Below the pieces are notes generated by a model, which worked only from the letters and a program-made list of their open reading frames with translations, did not search any database and was not told where the DNA came from. Below, in pieces: positions 48,201 to 51,349 of a stretch of DNA of 51,349 nt (positions within the stretch are counted from its first letter, which is position 1; each line of letters starts with the position of its first letter). Source of the stretch: Nemertoderma westbladi (Eukaryota; Animalia; Xenacoelomorpha); NCBI GenBank assembly GCA_032718475.1, contig JAUCBJ010008390.1, positions 1-51,349 of the forward strand. Direction: 5' to 3'. The translations under genes and the position numbers were made by a program.

Positions 48201-49632
48201 GCCTCCAGTTACGCGTGGCGGCTACATGGCTGCCTCCAGTCACTCCTGGCGGCTACATGGCTGCCTCCAGTCACGCGTGGCAGCTACTGTACATGACTTT
48301 TTAATTCTACACTTAAGTAAAATTTATTATTATAATTTTTATTTTATCCTTAATATATTTTTACCATTTACAGTAGGCCTAGTTCCTTAATCCCAGGCTA
48401 TACAGTACATAATGTAATTCAAGCGTCCAAAAAATGCTTTCAGGTCGATATCTTAGAAGAGAGCCAGTACATCGACATCATCGGTGGCAGTCTCCCTGGC
48501 GACTACCAGGCTTTCAACGCCCATTTCCATTGGGGAGTTGGGAGTAATGATGGATCGGAACACGCCATCAACGGCCACAAATATGTCGCAGAAATCCACA
48601 TCGTATGCAAACAGAAGGGTCTAACATGGGAGCAAGCTTTCAAGGACCCAATCGGCATGGCGGTCGTGGGCTTTCTACTCGAGGCAAGTAATTTATTTTT
48701 AGTTAATTATTAGCTAAGAAGATGATGTCCTCGTTTTCCCCATACTATAACTAGATTTCCTATCTCAGGAAAGTGATGAAGATAACGAAGTGTTTGCTCC
48801 AATCGTCAGGCACGTTAATGAGCTTCTTGGAGAGAATTCTGAAGTTCTACTTTCTGAGAATTTGGAACTCAATACGTTACTGGAAAGTCATGATCCTGAG
48901 TATTACAGGTAAACCGACCTTGTTTTCTGTGTTACAGTAACAGCCATAACTACCCCCCCCCCCCCCCCCCCCCCCACACAAGACTGTATAAATGTATGAC
49001 TACTACATTTAAAATTACAATGTTATCTTAAGGCCCGTTCACATCCAACGGAACAGTACACCGCTGACTGTGAACGACCCAACAGGTAGTTGTGCGCTAA
49101 ACCACGCGGTTTACCGCAGCCCATTTAAACAATATGTTACAACAATTAATGTAATTTCCTGTAGAATTCACAGTCGACAGATAGACAATCAGCTACCGCA
49201 ACGGTACCGTTGGGTGTGAACGGGCTCCGGGTACTGTACCGCTGGCTTACCGCTTCAATACCGCCAGACTACTTTACCGCTCACGCACCGTTGGATGTGA
49301 ACCGGGCTTTACATTACAACCATAACCCCCCAAGTAGGCCTACTGTACGATTGTACAGTACATCACAATGGTTATAATCTGAACACATTCATTCACCCCT
49401 ACACACTACTATACTGTATAGGTACAATGGAAGTCTACCAATTCATTCGTTTGCTGAGGTGATTGTATGGACTGTATACGTTGAGCCCCATCACATCGGC
49501 CGCCAGCAACTCGCCGCCTTGAGGAAGCTGACTACAGGACGGGATCAACCACACCCGATTAGAACCAACTCCCGTCCATTACAAAGTGTTTACGGAAGAG
49601 AAATTCTGAAGAGTTGTCCTGGTGGAAGATAA
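42252..49632 (+). CDS. Alpha-carbonic-anhydrase-like protein, 268 aa, exons 42252-42467, 48444-48683, 48769-48908, 49422-49632
   Basis: Signal-peptide-like start, QSPIDI, HFHWG, GSEH, EIHIV, AVVG, YYRYNGSL, V.WTV, N.RPLQ..GR. Splice phases 0/0/2 are consistent and intron 2 is probably GC-AG. Confidence 0.88.
43275..44075. repeat. Degenerate 34-bp minisatellite interrupted by a SINE
   Basis: Unit GTGTAGACTGGTACACTGCGAGACGTTAGTGTTG on both sides of 43618-43901. Confidence 0.9.
43618..43901 (-). mobile_element. tRNA-derived SINE, copy 2 (CA intron 1)
   Basis: Reverse complement of 40837-41119 with a few differences. Confidence 0.88.
45120..46643 (+). repeat. 21-bp tandem array (about 70 units), with a short inverted array at 46970-47142
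   Basis: Unit GCGAACGACATACTAAGTCGT containing an internal ACGAC/GTCGT palindrome. Confidence 0.97.
46651..46970 (+). pseudogene. IS3EU-type transposase N-terminal fragment
   Basis: ILSVRQIERIL..LNL.RR...G..HGYR..H......V.KE.VR.IL..LDPE....R....LRR. The DDE domain is deleted. Confidence 0.75.
47921..48296. repeat. 31-bp minisatellite, about 12 copies (CA intron 1)
   Basis: Unit GCTGCCTCCAGTCACGCGTGGCGGCTACATG. Confidence 0.95.
49031..49308. mobile_element. Harbinger-like MITE in CA intron 3
   Basis: TIRs AGGCCCGTTCACATCCAACGG / CCGTTGGATGTGAACCGGGCT flanked by TTA. Confidence 0.7.
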
Positions 49633-51349
49633 CTTGCGCGCTTCCGTGGAAACCTGTTAATTAATCTTCATTGCTTAACAATATGTAGGAGGTACCAAAC
49701 TCTACAGAATAAGTTTGATTCTAATGTTTCATCTAAGTTTTCGCAAAAATAATCAACACTGAGGAGTTGAGTACAAGATTATTTGTATCGTATTTGAATG
49801 AAACCGTTTGGGTATTTATAGGCCTACTCTACTGAATATCTTAAACAAGTCATAAGGAGAACGGAAAGAGCGATTTGTTTTTTCAGTAAGGAAACCATTA
49901 CCCAAATCTACTCTTATTACTGTACAATGATCTGTGATATTTTACTTCTGCCTATGGAAGTATCACAAACCATTTTGTTCGAAAAATATGACACTTTTTG
50001 TGCAGGTCGGTTTTTTCAAAAATTTTATACATTTTAAGGCTTTTATATGTAAAATATATCATGTAGAAAGATCAGTAATACCATCTGGGTTGAAGTTCTC
50101 TGTCTATATGTTCGGCGCAATGGACCTAGGCCATCTTTTATGAAAATTTCAACAAAAAAATATAGTTTTTGAAAAATATTTCTGGGGGATTTATAGTAGT
50201 GTATGTTCGGACTATATTTTGGGGATCATACATATTGAGATAGACAAAACGTAGCAGTTACAAATCGGATCCAGAACATTCAAATTAGCATGTTTTACAA
50301 AACCAACACTCACTATTGTAGCGCTAAAGTTGCTGACATTTTTGTATGTGGTTAATGAAATATTTGAGTGAAAAATATAAAAGTAGTAGGGAAGGAATTT
50401 AGTGAAGAAAGAGAGTGAAGTTGTCTTATACAGAGACATGAATATCAGCTATGAATACAGGGGCCGCTTGCATAAAACAACCTTAAAGGTAGGATGAGTG
50501 AGGAAGACTTGATTTTAGGGGAGACTTGATTTTTTTTACTAACTCAAAAACTATTGTAAATTATTTGACAATACCACACAAAAATGTGTAAAATACATGT
50601 GGCAACACCCGCGCAACAATGTTTTATTACCTTTTGGTTATTTTTTGTTTTATTATCAATAAACGTTTTCTGAGTTCAAAAGTAAATTTTGCCCTTTACA
50701 ACGAATGAAAATTCGCATCCTTATTTTACTGTATGTTAATTGTAATTCACAGCATGTGTTGACTAATTATTGCACTAACCTGCCATATATTGTTTTCCAG
50801 TTTTGGTGCAGCCGTTGTGAAATTATATAAATTAATATAAAAAAAAGCCCATGTGGGGAGACATGCGCCCGAGTGTGAGGGAGACTTGAAGCCTTCAATG
50901 CTGACGTCTACCTAGAGATACACCCACGTAGAGAACCATTACACCAGAGCACTCCAACTAGTTGATTGGCGCTTACACAGACCAAGCTATGAATGGAATG
51001 TGAATACAATGGAGTGGCCAGGGAGAGAGAGAAAGAGAGAGAGAGAGGCCTTGATAAACCCAGCTAAACCAAGCCAACCAACTCTTCCTTCCCTCTTTGC
51101 AATGTAGTTAGTAGCCCGCCAACTGGGTGATTGACAGCTTAAACAAGATGCCGCTACGTCAGAAAGCGGCACACATCAATAGAATTACAGGAAAACAATT
51201 AATATATGCCTGGATTGAAAATTATACAAGATATTCATTAATAAATAGTACATTCCCGCGTTAAATTTTAATGCGGTTTTAATGAACTATTATTTATTCA
51301 GTTCTTGTTGGGAGAACCATGTGAACGACCACCTAAATTTGTATAAAAT

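Noticed and set aside
39999-48390. Repetitive ORFs (MATPQCRPTPY, CERHTKS, MAATWLPPVTRGG)
   Set aside because: These are translations of tandem repeats, mostly within CA intron 1, with no evidence of coding function.

Overview
AT-rich, repeat-dense eukaryotic (invertebrate animal-like) genomic DNA. Two host genes: an intronless ankyrin+DHHC palmitoyltransferase (ZDHHC17/HIP14-like, 17450-19285 +) and a 4-exon, probably secreted alpha-carbonic-anhydrase-like gene (42252-49632 +) that keeps its Zn ligands but has lost the Thr199 loop. Most of the rest is nested mobile DNA. A young 15.9-kb BEL/Pao LTR retrotransposon (21181-37065, minus strand, 1201-bp LTRs, GCTGC TSD) sits inside an RTE LINE. 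A hAT foldback element (6759-17321, 8-bp TSD) holds a LINE that in turn holds a second LINE, whose ORF2 starts with a 3.7-kb in-frame 60-bp repeat. There are also a second hAT MITE, an IS3EU-like element full of 21-bp repeats, DINE-1/HINE-like elements, two tRNA-SINEs and several minisatellites. The top finding is that the BEL/Pao element has no tRNA primer-binding site. Instead, the 12 nt abutting its 5' LTR are perfectly complementary to a 12-mer inside its own LTR, the hallmark of Tf1-type self-primed reverse transcription, which I do not know from BEL/Pao. Also notable: an AUG-less LINE ORF2 in frame behind a UGA-CUA readthrough-type stop, a strand-specific G-U-rich hairpin and orphan ORF in the BEL 3' region, and directly visible TA-transposon excision footprints. 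All calls were made by eye, without database searches.
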